64,000 nucleotides of DNA from Psilocybe cubensis (GCA_017499595.2 CM038999.1:3658001-3722000), one strand, 5' to 3'; counted from the stretch's first letter, positions 35,197-50,500 are shown. Translations and numbers: made by a program. Notes: a model not told the origin generated them from the letters alone.

Positions 35197-37345
35197 TTCC
35201 AACGAGTACTGCGGGTGCGATGGACTGAGCAGCAGGAAATGAGTCGGGCTTATATGTGCAATCGTGTCGACGCCGAAGTCCGATAATTCGCCGTTTCGGC
35301 GCGAGCTGGGTGCTGAAATGATGACGACGGCGGCACAGAAAGGAATACTGAGGACCACATTTTGCAAGCGCAATGTTTCGCGCTGAACAAGTTTAATAAA
35401 ATCAGTGGTCGCCAAAGAGGAGCAGAAGATCGCCACGAATAGCATCTTGGAATTCTATCCCCGACAATTTCCCTGTCTGCCACGTGACTCGTCTGCTACG
35501 GAGATAAAGGAGATACATCGTAGCTTTGATCAGAAGAAGAGGAGCACTTCATATCTCGGAGATTCTGCACCAGTCCAATCTGGAAACCTTGTACACATTC
35601 CATGTTTCCCGCTATCAGCTTATTTGAGCTGGTTTCATTATGGGATACGCGATCTAATCATTGGAGAATGAGTTACCGTCTTCTGAGGCTAGGACGTTAC
35701 GCAGCGGCAAGCTCTATGGAGTGTTATATCTACACAACAACGACGACGTGTTCAGAAAACAGCACCCGTGTCGTAATCACTCATTATGTCCTTAGCTCCG
35801 TGGAATCTGGTGGACTCTCGCCGAGAAAAGAATCCCTAACATATTCTCGAAGGACCGATCATGCGGAGGAATACGAATCGTCCGGCATTCTATTGAATGA
35901 TTGACTTTGTTTGCAGACATATCCGAAGAGCGCACCCTCCATGTCATGTTTACAATGAAACAGCCCATAGAATTCTTTAATACTGAACTATGTATACACT
36001 AGGAGGCTTTTAATATGTTATTAGTTTAGTAAATGCCGGGCTGAGTATACAATACACCGCTGATTTCCGCAGGATTCTGGTAAAGTCTAAATATGCACAA
36101 CTTGTGCCCAGATATATTAAAATTTCTTATAAAATAGGGCCTTCAGTTCTCCCTTTCAAAACTAATCACATTCTTGACGTACTCCTGAGTGTCCCGACTC
36201 GAATACAAACTCGCAAACATTAGCGCCCACTGGTGACCATTGAAATAGCGCCCAGAGTTGCCTAACGCGATCTGGACATACAGCCACGTGATGGGAAATA
36301 ATATCCTGACTCCGACCGAGACACAAACCGAACGAAAAATGAAACAACAAGGTACCGTTGCTCTTGACCTCGACCACCACCTCGCTCCACCCATTTATGC
36401 ACAACCTTGTCTCTTTACCTATTTTTTCGACACTGCTTATTTCTTCTGTCCTATTTCTGCGATTGGATGTCATTGGAATACATGTGAATATGCTACCATC
36501 GATCTTCTATTCTCCGCCCTGGCAACTTACCCACCTAGCGGCTCCCGCGAGACGGGGTCCGACTTGTCCGGTTTTCTCTTTCGAACACCACGAAACCGGG
36601 AACAATGAAAGCTTCGCCTCAGAATCTTCGCTCAGAGGCCACCTTTCTAAACAGGTCCACTGATCCATCATGTCGGACAGTGCATTTTTCAGTTTGTGCT
36701 CCATGCATTCTCGACCATTCGAAAACTAGTGGATTGGTGTAAGTTTGGACATGAAGATTCAAGATATTGCGCGCGACTTTTCTTCTTCGCATGCACCCAT
36801 CAGACCCTACTCCGAACTCGTATGCACCTCAGTGAGGCTGCCACTTGGCACGGTTGTTGCATATGCATACTATTGCCCGGGGACCGATGGCCCAGATTCA
36901 GAATACTCGCACTCGGAATATTTTGAGGCCAGATTTCTTACAGTTCATAATGAATGGCTACCTCGACGCTATGACGAGTCTCATCTGCACAATTATTCCT
37001 TATCTCCTTCCCACCTTGTCTTCTCTCGGACCTTCGAGACGACGAAAATCGCAAGTTTAACTCCGAACCTCGTGGACGAGACAGAAACTTGTCAATATTG
37101 ACTGATTTCAATAGAGTGGATCATCTTACCTATCTTGGTTCGTCATTCTGGAACTCAAGCTCGTCCTATACTTGGATCTTAACCCCTTCGGTGAATCAGT
37201 CTATGAAATCAATTGACCGCACCCTCTTGGGCCTAAACAGCCGAATAGTTCTTTTAGAAACCAGTGGACTCTGAGCGTCAAAGAAATTTTTGGCAGCATT
37301 GATTCCAAATCCTCTCGCACTATCTCACAATCATCACTGACGGAG

Positions 37346-37482
37346 TTTCTTATTTTCGATTCATCCTTCACTCCTGATCTCTGGCTGAGGCTTGACCGTT
37401 CAAAGACACCCGATTTCTCATTTTCGATTCATTCTTCAATCCTGATCTTCTGACTGAGGCTTGGCTTTTCAAAGACAACCGA
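37346..37482. repeat. Imperfect tandem duplication with ~68-bp period
   Basis: tttct.attttcgattcat.cttca.tcctgatct...tgaggcttg....ttcaaagaca.ccga at 37346 and 37414. Confidence 0.85.
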
Positions 37483-37649
37483 CCTACTAGCATACCCCAT
37501 CTTCCAATAATAAGACCCAAAAAGTACTCAAATTTCGCGCCCTGATGAAGGCGATTAATAACGAACTATAACATGACGACGCAAACTAATTAGTAAAATA
37601 TCATCCTGCGGACCCTAATTTTGGCCTGTTCATGGTCGGAATAATCCGC

Positions 37650-38564
37650 CTAGCAGAAAGTGATAGCGAGGTTGACCTGTACCATCGCGTCTCATATTAG
37701 CCTCGCTCGCAAGCTATCAATTACGGTGAGCACTCACGTTGTTGCTCTGGCAGGCAACCTGGACTTGGTTGTCGTTGGGGTTGTGGAATGCGGTGTTGCA
37801 GTTGGCAGACGCGCCTGTGAGATGGGTCGAGGTAATGAGATTAGATTGTCATAGGACGTATTAACTGGTCGGATAGGGACTTACAGTTGGCACCAGCTCC
37901 GTCGCAGCCGTTGAAGTATCCGAAGCCGGAGGTCACGGAGAAGGAGTGACTTTTCGTCGCGTGCATAATTAGCGCGTGCGGCTATACAGAAGGTGGTTTG
38001 AAAATGGGAAAGACGTACGGAGGGATGAGGGAGATGTCAGTGCTTGAGCCGCTTCCGGGCGATGTGGGGTTGATGAGCGTGGTCTCGACGAGCGTGCAGC
38101 CCTCGCCGTTGAACCCACAGTTGCCTTTTTGGGGTGGGGAATGCGGTTAGCAAGTGTAAACTATGTGTGAAGGGTGTCGGGGAGTGATTTACCTGTTTGC
38201 AAGTATCTAGAGAGAAATCAGGTGAGCAGGATAGTTCAAAATAGAGAGCATGCAATTTTGGACGTACGCAATGGCGGCAACGAGAGGGCCGTTGGATGTG
38301 AAGTCTCCGCCGGTGGACAGGACGCGGCCTCCTTGGATGAGAGTGGGCTTCACACATTATTTAACAACCACATTCGAAAAGGATCTAGGTGTAACTGCGT
38401 ACCGTTCCGTGGCCACACCTTGGGAGAGCGCACTTTCAGTGATATACTTCAATGATGGAAGAGAAAATGGCTAACCTGTTGGTGAAATGGACAGTGTGCG
38501 ACTCGGCGTGAGCACCAGCGACGAGCATGGCGAGGAGGACTGGGACAGCTTTGAAGGAGAACAT
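37650..38564 (-). CDS. Small secreted Cys-rich thaumatin-like ('glycopeptide') protein
   Basis: Spliced over ~8 short exons: MFSFKAVPVLLAMLVAGAHAESHTVHFTN / CGHGT / PTLIQGG...AAIA / YLQTG / CGFNGEGCTLVETTL...TDISLIPP / GFGYFNGCDGAG / CNTAF...QVACQ / VNLAITFC*. Confidence 0.85.
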
Positions 38565-40607
38565 TATGTTTGTTGTTTGGGGTGTTTTTTAGTTGGTTTT
38601 GCTGTTGTCTGCTGAGGAGTGCTGGTACTGAAGCTTTCGAGGAATGCTGAAGATTCTTGTTCAAACATATCAGCTTTTATATGCTTTCGACCTCAGTTCC
38701 TCTGATGAGCATATCTTAGCAATTCAGAAATAACTCAGCTCGTGCTCGGGTTGCATGGCCTCTGAATTTGCAACCCAACTGCGAAGACAAAAATACGATT
38801 TGGATTGCAATCATCTTCGCGTGGGCGTCTGGCTGCTACTACCTGAAGTGACGTGATCGCCCGCCCCCCGTGCCGACTCGGAACAGGCGAAGCGATCATA
38901 CTCTGTGCGGGAATGCGTACTTGCACCGTCGTTGATGGCCAACGGATTTAGAAGCTGTGTGAATCGACTGTCAATCGGCCCCATGTTTTAAGAGATATTG
39001 GTGGACATGGAGGCACTATGCCACTTTGCCAACGCGAAACAGTGGCAAGATAAACGAGAACTGTTGCGCATGTGGCAACCTCAGAAGAAAGGAAGGCAAC
39101 AGTAGTGTAAGATTTATAAGTGTACTTGGGTATTTGTAGAGGTATTGAAATGGTACTGATTGATGGCGACTGGTGTGTGTTACTGTATGTCTGTTGTAAG
39201 ATATCATCATCGTCATAAAAGTAGAACATATAGTAGACGTACTTAGCAAATTGCTGCCGATGCGGAGAAACAGCTAGCCCTATGGATGACGCCCAGAAGG
39301 TTCTCGATGATATGTCAAGGGCTATGTTATCTGTATCTTTAGATTAGATGAGGCCGAGTCCGTTGAGCCTACTCTACCTACAGTGTAAAGGTGAAAATGG
39401 CATTTTCTGATCAGTTCCTCGATGTGTCAGTGAACCACAGGCCAGACCACTACTACAACACAAGTTTTCACTAAACCACTTCTGGTACATGTGACAGGAG
39501 ATAGCTAAATAAACCTGAAATTTTGCAGCGCAGCTTTATCATCTAGCGCCGGTTAAACTTGGAATGGAAGAGAAAGACGGCGGCACGCCCAGTGTGTAGC
39601 CTCAAAGACCATTATCAACTCACATGTTCAGCTGTACGACATCGTTAAATTCGGAATGGACTCTGGATTGAAATTCTGAACTCGGATGAAAAAGGAGGTT
39701 TCTGATCGCCTGGTAGTAAAACAATGGTAAAAAATCAAGACTAGAGAGATTCTTTCTGATTCTGATACGGTTGGTCTATGTGGGGAATATCAAATCATTG
39801 CTGGTGTCAGCTGGCCGTTGATGCCAGCAAGTGGAGTAGGATAGAATTGATCTGCTACTATACTTGGATGTTTAGTTACTATTTCAGGCTGTCCAGCCGC
39901 CGGATCTAAACCTATATTCTGACTGTGGGCATATCAATAATCATACGCCGTAGTATTATACTCTCCCAGGTGTTTCTTTTCACATCGAACTTACACACCT
40001 GAACAACCTTTACACATGCGCCGCCATGAGTCAATATATGACCCAACGTAGGACAAACGGAAAAATTGTGAGGTGGATAATCTCACATATATTCTCAGTA
40101 TATGTTCATCTTGTTATCCCAGCTGCATTTGCTCATGTTACCCGGAGTTGGGTACCGATTGCTACGTATTGTGCTGTAGCCATCTGCGGTCACCACTTCA
40201 CTGATGACTATGACGACCACGAATGTAAATCTCAACGGTCGAGGTTTGATTCGCAAATGTAGCGTTCATCCACTGCGAATCTGCGTTGCAATTCAAAGTC
40301 CCACTTCACGTTTTCCTCTCTTATCTTTTTCTCAGAACCAAGGTGCATCAGTGATGTTTGTCTTTTTCCTGATGATCGCCCAAGGCCAAGGGTCTGATGA
40401 GCTGCGCTAAAAATAGATGCGCCGGACAGGTGATCATGTGGGCGCCAAAATAGCTTCAGAGCGACACCCGCCGAGCCGTGCTCTCACGCGCACAGTCTTG
40501 TCCGCGACCACCACCACCACCACTGACATCTCCAACGAATATACCCTAAAGAGTATCCATTGTCGCGTGCGCGCGGGGAAACCAAATCCCTGCTACCCAA
40601 CACGGCC

Positions 40608-42135
40608 ATGATCCGCAGGCTCTTCCCAACGTCCCTCAAAGCGAGGCTGGCTCTCGTGGGTATGCTGGCAACGGCGTATATCTTCATTTCTACAGTTTAT
40701 CTTGGACACGGAGGAAACCCTTTCTATTCCATGCGGGAGGGGGACGGTAACACGATCGCTGAAACACTACCCGTTCATGATTTGGAGTTAGAGGGATTGG
40801 CGGGGACTCGGAATGGGACCGTGGCGACATCTGCGCAGGCTGCGGCAGGTCAGACTGAGAGTAAAGACATACCCAGTTCGGATACGTATGCGGCACCCAA
40901 AGCTACTAACAGTCCCATTTCTACTCCCAACACCTCCACAGGAGTTGCCAGCGACTCCGATTCAGGAGCGAGACCAAAAGGCCCATCAGTACTCCTCGTA
41001 TCAGCCTTCTTCCCTCTTGAAAAACCAAGATACCCACAATCAAAATATGACGCGTGGCTGAAGAACTATCTCGGTAGTATCACCACTGATGTGTACATGT
41101 ACACCACACCAGAGATAGCGCCGCAGTTCTCGGCAATGCGGACTGAGGGGTTGGCAATTACGCTTGATACCAATTACACCACGCCGTTCGATGTCCCGCC
41201 CCTCCAAGGAAAAGAGGAAATGTACATGAGGATACAGAAGAAAGACCGGGAGCGACGAGGCGGGCGTCGTGGGGCGAATGTGACTGATCTTTATGCTGTC
41301 CGCAATGCGAAACTGTTCTTCCTGCACCATGCGATTGAAGTCCAGCAAGCCAGAGGAGTGAAGTATGACTATGCGTTCTGGAACGATGCAGGCAGCTTCC
41401 GCTCTGATGAACACGCTTATCGAGCGTGGCCTGCCCCAGAGAAGGTGCAGGAGGTGTTGGGTCAAGGCGGGCATGATCACGATGTAATATTTGTGCCAAT
41501 TTTTGACGTGCCACATTCGAGTATGGCGATGTGGACGGAGGCAATGGGCCCCATTGACAGCAAGTTTAGCGAAGGTAAGTTTCGCAGCTAAGTGTTGAGG
41601 ATGATCACTTTTCTCAATTTCAGTGTCGTTAGGTTCATTCTTTGGGGGCAGTCTAAAAGCCATTGACTGGCTGACACGCGCGTTCTATGCATATCACAAT
41701 CGGTATCTGGCTCTAGAGATTTTCGTGGGCAAAGACACCTCCCTCCTCAACTCGCTGATGTTCCTGTTCCCCGACCGATTCGTCACGGTATGGCATAATG
41801 ACCCTGACGCGCCTACAGCGGCGCACATCACTCCCGAGCCTCCCTCTGCCAACTCTGACCAGGATCCCCCGCGCTTCCTCGGCCAGTGCGGCTCCATCTG
41901 GCATTACTACCAGTTCTTCCTCTCTGATGCCCCCACAAAGGAGAAGATGCGAGATTTGTGGATGCAGATAGCGACGAGATGGCGGTGGTGGGGCTGGTGG
42001 AAGTCGGTGGATCGGACGCGGTGCCAGGACACGCGGGTGCTGGATGTAAAAAGCGTGTTGCAGAGAAAATTGGGTGCGGGGTGGAACGCTCCTGGGCAGG
42101 GAGTTAGCATTCCTGACAGGGTTATTTGGACATGA
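40608..42135 (+). CDS. Type II membrane protein, HtrL/YibB-like putative glycosyltransferase
   Basis: N-terminal TM and S/T stem; VLLVSAFFPL, YAFWNDAGSFR, SEG/SFFGGS, FVGKDT. One intron at ~41575-41632. Confidence 0.65.
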
Positions 42136-42639
42136 TTAAATTATATGGGAAGGGATGGACTGCTGTGTATAATACTGATAATGGACACTATTGATAATTT
42201 ATATCAGACTACCTTTGTATTCATACGCGACTTTGAGATGTACTTACGTCACTGTCTTTTTTCTTGGCACCAGTGATCATGTTCGCGTCTTGCTCACATC
42301 CCTCACGTCGAAGATCTCAAAAGAGATCTAGCTAGCTAATATCGTCACTCTCTCAAGTCTCCCTTTCTCAGTCCAGCCTGTAATACCCTTGCAAAGCACC
42401 TCCAAACAAGCATGTATCATTGGGAAGCCTACAACTCAAGCGATCTACGATTGTCAAGCCATCCACCAGGATGGTAAACTTTTAATAGTCCGCTCAAAAT
42501 AGGACCATATGCGTTTTTCAACCACTATCACGCGCGTATATATAACTCACAGAACAAGGAAGGCCGACAACCCTCCGAGCTCTTGCCTGCACCGAGGTTT
42601 ATAAATCATAGCCATGGCGTTCGAAGGTACAGTCGAGCC

Positions 42640-45023
42640 ATGAGACAGCGCACCAAGGTCTACTTCCTGTCTCTCATCTTGTTTGCGGTCAGCGTCTGGA
42701 CCGCAAAAGCCCAGCATGCAGGGCCAGATCCATCCACCTCTCGCGGTCCGATCGTGCTCACGACATCAGGGCGGGTGCAAGGATACGTAGATTCTACGAC
42801 GACACCAGTAGCTCTAAACAAGTGGCTTGGCGTCCCGTACGCCGAAGATACGTCTGGCGCTAACAGATGGAGGCCGCCTGTTCCCGTTAAAGCAAACTTG
42901 AACGAGGTTATAAACGCCACGGTGTACGGTCCCGCTTGTATGCAAGGAAGGTGCGTGGCTTGTTTGTATGCGCGATTCGAATCTTCCCTTACATTCAAAT
43001 GCGCATGCTTAGGGCCGACGGTGGCAATGGGACCTCGATTCAAAGCGAGGACTGCCTTCGAATCAACATCATAGCGCCCGTAAACGCTAAAAATCTGCCA
43101 GTTTACATGTATTCATAGTAAGTGTTGGGAATGACGCGGATATATGCGCTATAATTTATGCTTCTTCAGTGGAGGAGGGTTCGACAGCGGCTCATCATCC
43201 GACCCCAAAATCGACGGCACATACCTCGCAGCAAGGGTGAGTGGGTTCATAGAGATCACGGATAACTGTATACTCATGGGCATCAGGGCATTGTATTCGC
43301 AAGCTACAACTATCGCCTGTCTCTCTTTGCCTGGCCACACGCCGCAGAAATAGCTGAAGCAGGAGAAACGCAAAACTTTGGGCTACTCGATACCCGTGCG
43401 GCGTTGGAATGGTTGGTGCAAAATGTCGAGAGTTTCGGTGGAGACCCGAAGAAAATCACGCTTGGCGGGGAATCAGTTGGCGCAGGTTCGTGTCCCTACT
43501 CCTAAAAACGCGATATAATCCTCATATTGCAATGTAGAAATGACAAATTTGTATCTTTCTGCGTACCATGCAGACCCGCTAATCCGCGGTGCAGTGATGC
43601 AAAGTAGCGACAGTATGTTAGTTTGTCCGATCTCATCTGCATTCCGTTGAATCCCAGTCACAGCCGCTCAGCCGATGTGGCAGCTGAATGACCAAATTTC
43701 GAAGATCGCCGTGAACATGAGCTGCCCGACGGGACGCGGCCAGCTGGATTGTCTGCGAACAAAGTCTGGCACGGACTTGCAGAAGATTCTGTTGGCTACT
43801 GGGACCCAATTCCAGCCCGTTACAGATAATGTTACTATTTGGAAAGAGTATGTATGAAAGGGTTATACGTTTGTCAACTATGTATTTGGGTCGTTGATTG
43901 CGTTTTGCTATTTTTTATAGCTACGTTGCGCAGACGAAGGCCGGTCATACTGCCAAGGTTCCGTTACTCATTGGGACTAACAAGGTGTGTATAATATCTA
44001 GTTTCGCTGATCCTCTGTCTGATTTAGTCGACTCTCAAGGACGAAGGAACTCTAATCGTCGAGACGGAGCCAACGGCTTACCTGCCTGACATATCTCAAT
44101 ATATGTACGTCCATCCACTACATTTATTTCCTTCACCTAACCTATATTATCTCCCTTTCAGTAAAAGCAACAATCTCAATTTCCCCTTTTCCTCCCTCTC
44201 TGCCTTGCAATCCCTCTACCCCGTTCCCTCGAGCGCCTTCCCAACAGCGTACAACGCCTCGGCCGGCATGTGGCGAGATGCGCACATGCTATGTCTCGCA
44301 TCCAACCTTGCTTCTCTCCGCACCACTGCGCTGCACCTTCCCGTCTGGCGATATAGGTTCGATCTGGTAGCAGCGAATCTTAACTCGAGGGGTGTGAGGG
44401 CTGGGGCATTCCACGGGGAGGATATTAGGTTTGTGATGGGAACGTGGAGGACGATTGTGGATAGTCAGCCGTTTGTGCCTGCGAGTGAGATGGAAATAGA
44501 GGTGTCGGATTTGATGGTGACTGTATGGACGAATTTTATCAAAGGTGCGTTGTTTTTTATGTTTTATGGATTCTATTTTTTCTGTTCTTTCAAGTTCATT
44601 AAAATACTACTTATAATTGTTGCTCATGTTATACTGCACAATTCCTAGACCCACAAAAGGGCCCTCAGATCCCGGGATGGAACGTATTTGACCCGAACGA
44701 TACCACGTCCCTTGCGATATTGGGACTTAACGTCACGGGTGCGGATCCCGGAGACCATTTTGAGGCTGATAGGTCGTGTGCGTATTGGAATACGCTTTTG
44801 CCTAGTTTTCCACAGGTGAGTTGACTTGGGTTTTTTTGTTTTGTTTTTTGATGAGGGGTGGAGTCCTGTTTCTTTTTGGGTCGTGGGAAATTGTGCGGTT
44901 TGATGGGTTGCCGGCGCTTAATGTTGATTATTGATAAAATGATGTTGTTTGGTTGGGACCATGGCTAACGGCTCATTCTTGTTTTTTTAGACGTTCCCTA
45001 AGTGTGGAAGTTGGACGTGTTGA
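42640..45023 (+). CDS. Secreted type-B carboxylesterase (alpha/beta hydrolase)
   Basis: Signal peptide; WLGVPYA, RWRPP, SEDCL, GGGF, NYRL, NFGLLD, FGGDPKKITLGGESVG (nucleophile Ser), AFHGED. Multi-exon. Confidence 0.9.
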
Positions 45024-46056
45024 TGATGTATGATTATATTAAACTTGGGACTGGGTGGATTTTGTGAAAATGTATTTTTAATAAAAATTTTGACTGTTAC
45101 GGCCATTTGACAAGTTGGTAGATTTGAAAATTGATTAGTGTGTGTATCGCTATGTTTGCATGAGCTCGTCGCTGGCTTCGTGCTCTTGGGACACTCAACG
45201 ATGAGTGAGCTGACGAGCTCATCTACGGATAAGATAACAGCGAGATAAAGGATTTTCCCCTGAGATCTTCGCTGATCTTCATCAATAATTCTGACAGATA
45301 ATGATTGCCCTGCTTCATGACATGAAGGCCACTAAACTCCAAGGTTCTTCTTCAATTTTGAGCAGTCCTATTATACCGGCTCGAGAATGCCTATCTTCTC
45401 ATCTCTCAGTTTTCTCTCGCCTCTAAGAGATTTTGCTCTCTGTGTCTTTCGTCCTCGATTCCCAAAATCTTCTCAGAAAAATTTTTTTCAATCCCACCCT
45501 CCTCTCCCTTTTCTCTACCAGTGTTTGGTACAGCCACATCGGAACTCTCGTTTCGACTTTCCGCGTGGTTTCGACCCAAGCGCTCAGGCCTTTGGCGGCC
45601 CAACTCCTTCTCAAATCAGTCCATTCTGGTCGCGTCTTCATCGCGTCAGACTATCCAGTCGATCACGTGACTCTCGTTTCTCTGGTCACTTTTCGACTCG
45701 CCGCCAAAGCCCTACGCACCTACGGAAATTTGTGTCAACACAAATATTCGGTCTTCCTCTCTTTAAATATTTTCACATTATTGGATCTCACCCACATTCT
45801 CATCTCATATCTCACAGGAAACCATTCGAGCGACATTAGCTTATCTGGTGACACTTTCTTCTCGCTGAATGATCATCAACACGACAATAAATATGCGGAG
45901 TTTCTATTGGTAGTCGTCGGAGCCCTAATCTGAACAAGCCGACCAGTGACATCGCCAAATGTGACACTTCATGACGTAAGTGGTGACGGTCTAAACCAAA
46001 TGCCACTGCTGCCAAGCAACTTGAACTTGTGCTTTGTTATTTACTGCGACATAGCG

Positions 46057-46800
46057 ATGTATTCTGCACTCTCCTTGCTTTTCGTTCTTCAACTTGTCCT
46101 TCCAGCATGGTCGTCCGTATCTCTAGTTCCACCCTCGACGTTTCCTGATGCCTCGTCAACATCGTCCACATCGTCTGGGAGCAGTGCTACAAGCATCAGC
46201 AGTAACTCGAATAGCAGGAGCAGTTCGTCTTCAACCGCCGCTAGCTCCTCGAGCATAGCGTTCCCTCCTCTGAGCACATATACACCGTGCGGTAGGCTTG
46301 GTCACTCGACTCTAAATCCATAGGACTTTCTCTCATTTTGGATGGCAGTGACAAACTGTTTGGCAATCGCCATAGCTCGCGTCAACTGCTCCAGTATAGT
46401 CGATGTGAATTGTTTTTGTGCAAAGTGAGTCTCGAAATATGGTTTGCTTATTAACCGGAGGTTTTGGCATTTAATATTCTCCCCCCTGCGAAGACCTACA
46501 TTTCCTGCTGAATTAGTTGGATGTATCGAGAGCGCGTGTCCGGATCAGCTGGCGACTTCTGAAGATCTGGCTCAGAGGTTCTGCAACCTCGCTACTTCAA
46601 GCACCTCATTGTCGTTCACTCCTACCGCTCCCCCCAGCTCCTCCTCCTCCTCCTCCTCGTCGACGACAACGTCAAATGCGCCTCCAACGTCATCCCCATC
46701 TAATTCATCTGGCGCTGAACCTCTTCTTTTTACTCAAGGAAACCTCCTTGGATTTGGAATGACTATCTTTGGACTTTTGATGGGTGCTTTAGTGCTTTGA
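46057..46800 (+). CDS. CFEM-domain, S/T-rich, probably GPI-anchored protein
   Basis: Signal peptide; Cys pattern PC..NCL.....VNC....VNCFC...CIESAC........AQRFC; hydrophobic C-terminus after NSSGA. Confidence 0.8.
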
Positions 46801-47594
46801 TTAGCTTTTACCACTGGACATGGACGCCTCTGCTTCATGAAGACTTTGCACTTTGCTGAGCGGACAGTATTCCATTTTATACCCGTTTTGTTACTAATGT
46901 ACGAAGAATTATAATATGCCTTTTGGTACTAATTAGGGATGACTGCGCAGTACGGCAGTTCGAAGGCGGGTTCTAGTCCATGTATGGGTGGGGACTTGAA
47001 CTCAGGTCATAGCCACATTTTTCGGAACGATGGATTCATTCATTTTGGAATTTCTCGATTATCACTCACGGTGCGGCACAGTCTTGACGATATAAGGGCA
47101 CAAGGCGATGTGCGGGGTTCATTGGGGGGAAATATAGATATGCGGTGAGGAATATTTTGAAAAGGAAGGGTACAGCCTACCACCAGTGCGTGTGACAGAC
47201 GTATTGTGGGAATCCAACAGTTGTGGGTTTGTGCCAAAGAAAGAGCGCTTGTCTTGTGTCTACTGTGTCTGTCTCCAGGTGGCCTTCAATATGTCCAGAC
47301 TTCGGCCAAGTCGCCGCCTTCCGCTTTCATTGTCGCAAAGTAACTGCTGAATTTCATTCGCCAGGGACCGTTTGGATTTCAATTCTTTGCGTCACAAAGT
47401 TCAACCAGCCGCATACTCATGTCCAAAAGAATGTCGATGTCGACACAGCTTTGATGGCAGGATAACGTCGATATGCAGGCTTATCTTCCTTCGAAGCGTG
47501 TTTATCGCATTCCGTGAATGTATATAGGTCGTTGTTCCAGGGGTTAGTATGATCTGAATTCCCCCTAAGACCCTCAGTCACAGCCAAATCTACC

Positions 47595-50500
47595 ATGGCA
47601 GACACTTCCGTTGGAGGCACGCATGAAAACGAATCAGTGACCACCCGTGTATCTGAGCCGAGTTCTGTTGAGGATCGTGAGGTGCGTAAAATGGTGGCTT
47701 TGACAATTGTTTCAGTAGATATTAACTATGCAGCCAACCAGATTACACATGGGACATCACAGAGTCAGGTGCGCTGAACCTTCGGAATTTAATGACCATG
47801 AAGTAAAGGAGAATAGAGGGGCGGCGTGACAGTGAACTCCGTTGGCCTTGAAGAAAACACTGGTGACGGTACACCTGTGGTGAATATAAACGTAAGATGT
47901 CAAGGACCCTCTTTCTCTCATAGTGGACAAGCTAATATAATGAAATAGATATCGATTGATGATGATGCCCTTCTCCGCGAGCTTGCTCAGTTTGCTGTCC
48001 AGCTGATGATCAGACAATCAGACCCTGAACAATCATCTTCCACCCCCATCGAACCTCCCGACTTTTTACTTCGACAAGTGCTTGGCGCAGAACAAATGAT
48101 GACATCCGCCAATAAACTCCAAGAACAATTCGATGACACGCTAAATATAAACAATTTGGACGCGGCAATTATATTCTATCGTGAAGGTATGAAAGGCCTG
48201 CCTCACGGTCCAGAATGCGGGTGCCATATTGAGAGCCTCAAAAAACTGGCAAATGCATTGTTAACTCGATTTCAGCAAGGTGGTCAGAAATGCGATCTTG
48301 ACGAAGCGATTTCTTTGCACAGGCATGCTCTTGAACTGCTTTCATCTGCCCATCCAGATCGATCGTCCTCCCTCAACAATCTTGCGAGTGCACTGTTAAT
48401 CCGTTTTGAGCACGGCGGCCAAACCCCGGGTGACATTGACGAAGCTATTTCCATATCCAGGGAGGCTCTTGAACTACAACTATCTCCTGATCAGGATCGA
48501 TCTCTGTCTCTTAATAATCTTGCTAATTCGTTGACACTTCGATATGAAAAAAGTGGTCAGAAAACCGACCTCGAGCAGGGAATTTCCGCCTTTGAGGAAG
48601 CTCTTGAAAATCTTCCCTCGTCTCATTCCAATAGGCCAGCCTTTCTTGTCAACTATGCCATAGCGCTGTCAACCCGTTTTAGGCAAGACGGTCAGAAAGG
48701 CGACCTTGATAAAGCGATGTCAATGTACAGAGAGAGTCTTGGATTACTGCCATCAACCCATCCCTATCGATCCACGTGCTTAAACAACCTGGCCATTGCT
48801 CTCTCAAACCGGTTCGATAAATTTAGTGAAAAAGAAGACCTTGATGAAGCAATTTCCATGCACAGGCAGGGTCTTGCCCATCTCCCACCTTCACACCCCA
48901 TTCGATCCCCGGCACTCAACAATCTTGCCTCTGCACTAAACACCAGGTTCCAACGAGATGGTCATCAAGAGGATTTCGAAGAAGCAATGTCGTTGTTGTC
49001 CACTGCCGCCCAGAGTCGCTCCCAATCTCCTACCCTTTGTTTCCTTTTTTGCAAGCACTGGATAACTTTAGCGACCAAGCAACATCATTTTTCGTTAATC
49101 ACTGCTTATGAAACTGCCCTCCGAATATTACCACAAGTAGCTGCTTTAACGTTGACTGTGGATTTACGTCACCAGGCATTAATTTCGAGAGCCGACGGTT
49201 TAGCTAGGGACGCATCACAATGTGCTATTCGTGCGGGCGATCTTTCTAAGGCTATTGAGCTTTTGGAAGGAGGAAGAAGTATCTTTTGGGCTCAGGTCAT
49301 TTCTCTTCGGTCACCCTTTGATCAACTTCGGGATGTTGCACCTGAATGCTCTAGCATGGCAGACAGGCTCCAGGTTATCGCTCAAGAACTTGAGATGGGC
49401 TCCCAACGCGACATTTCTGCGCACATTCTGGACAATCATACTAGGTTGTCCGTTGACGAGGAATCGTCCCGCCTCAATCGTCTCATTGAAGAGTGGGAAG
49501 AGATTATTCTCAAAGTTCGGGAGTTACCAGGGCTCGAGGACTTCTTGCTTCCACCTCGCCTGTCAACGCTTCGCACTGCAGCGTCCAAACATCCCATTGT
49601 GCTTCTTGTTGCTAATGATGATGAAAGTCACTGCCTCATCATGACATCGACCAACATTCACCACATCACACTCCCTGACTTCAGCAAGTCTGCCTTGCAC
49701 ACCCTTGTTCTTCTTGTTAATACTGCTGTTTCTGATTTGCCAATATCGCGTTCTCTTGTTGAGAGTATGAGAGGCACTTTCACCCAGAATCGTGGAATTA
49801 GCTTTGAGGATGATGACGATATTTCATCTGATGATGTTTTCAAGTTAGTGTTGAAATTCCTCTGGGACAAACTAATTATCCCAGTGATTGGTTTGCTGGG
49901 AATCAAGGTAGGCAGTGTGTCTCGCTCAGGATTTGATACTATTATCATAACACAATTTTTCAGAAATCGAGCGATCTGTCCTTCATACAGTGGTGTCCGA
50001 CTGGTCATTTTACCTTCCTTCCTATCCATGCTGCTGGTCTTTACAATAGCGACAATTCGACTATCGAGTGTGCATCGGATTATTTCATATCCTCATACAC
50101 CCCAACATTAGGTGTACTTCTTTCCGAACCATCGTTACACCCTTCCCAGAAATTTAAGATGATGACGGTAATCCAGTCGCATGATTTGTCTTCTACGAAA
50201 TTGGAGATGCAAAACATTCGAGAATATGTCCCCGACGATGCTTTGACGGTGATGGGAGTCTCCGAGTCACCTGCCTATGTTGAAACGGTCGCCTCCAGCC
50301 TCTCAGATGTTTCTATAGCTCATTTCGCATGCCATGGTTATCAAGACCCATCAAACCCATTGGACAGCTGGCTTAAGCTCGACGATGGACAACTCCGAAT
50401 TTCAAGGATAATGAAAGAAAAGATGCCTAACGGGGCACTAGCGTTCCTTTCTGCCTGTGAAACTGCTATGGGGGATGCTCAACTGCCTGACGAAGCAATG

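Noticed and set aside
36140-37280. Overlapping short ORFs, possibly a decayed F-box/LRR-type gene
   Set aside because: No coherent spliced frame or recognisable motif could be built.
39448-39461. CACTACTACA sequence as a second transposon end
   Set aside because: No partner TIR, subterminal repeats or TE coding sequence nearby.
45387-45933. 150-166 aa ORFs upstream of the CFEM gene
   Set aside because: Pyrimidine-rich, promoter/UTR-like composition with no protein-like features.
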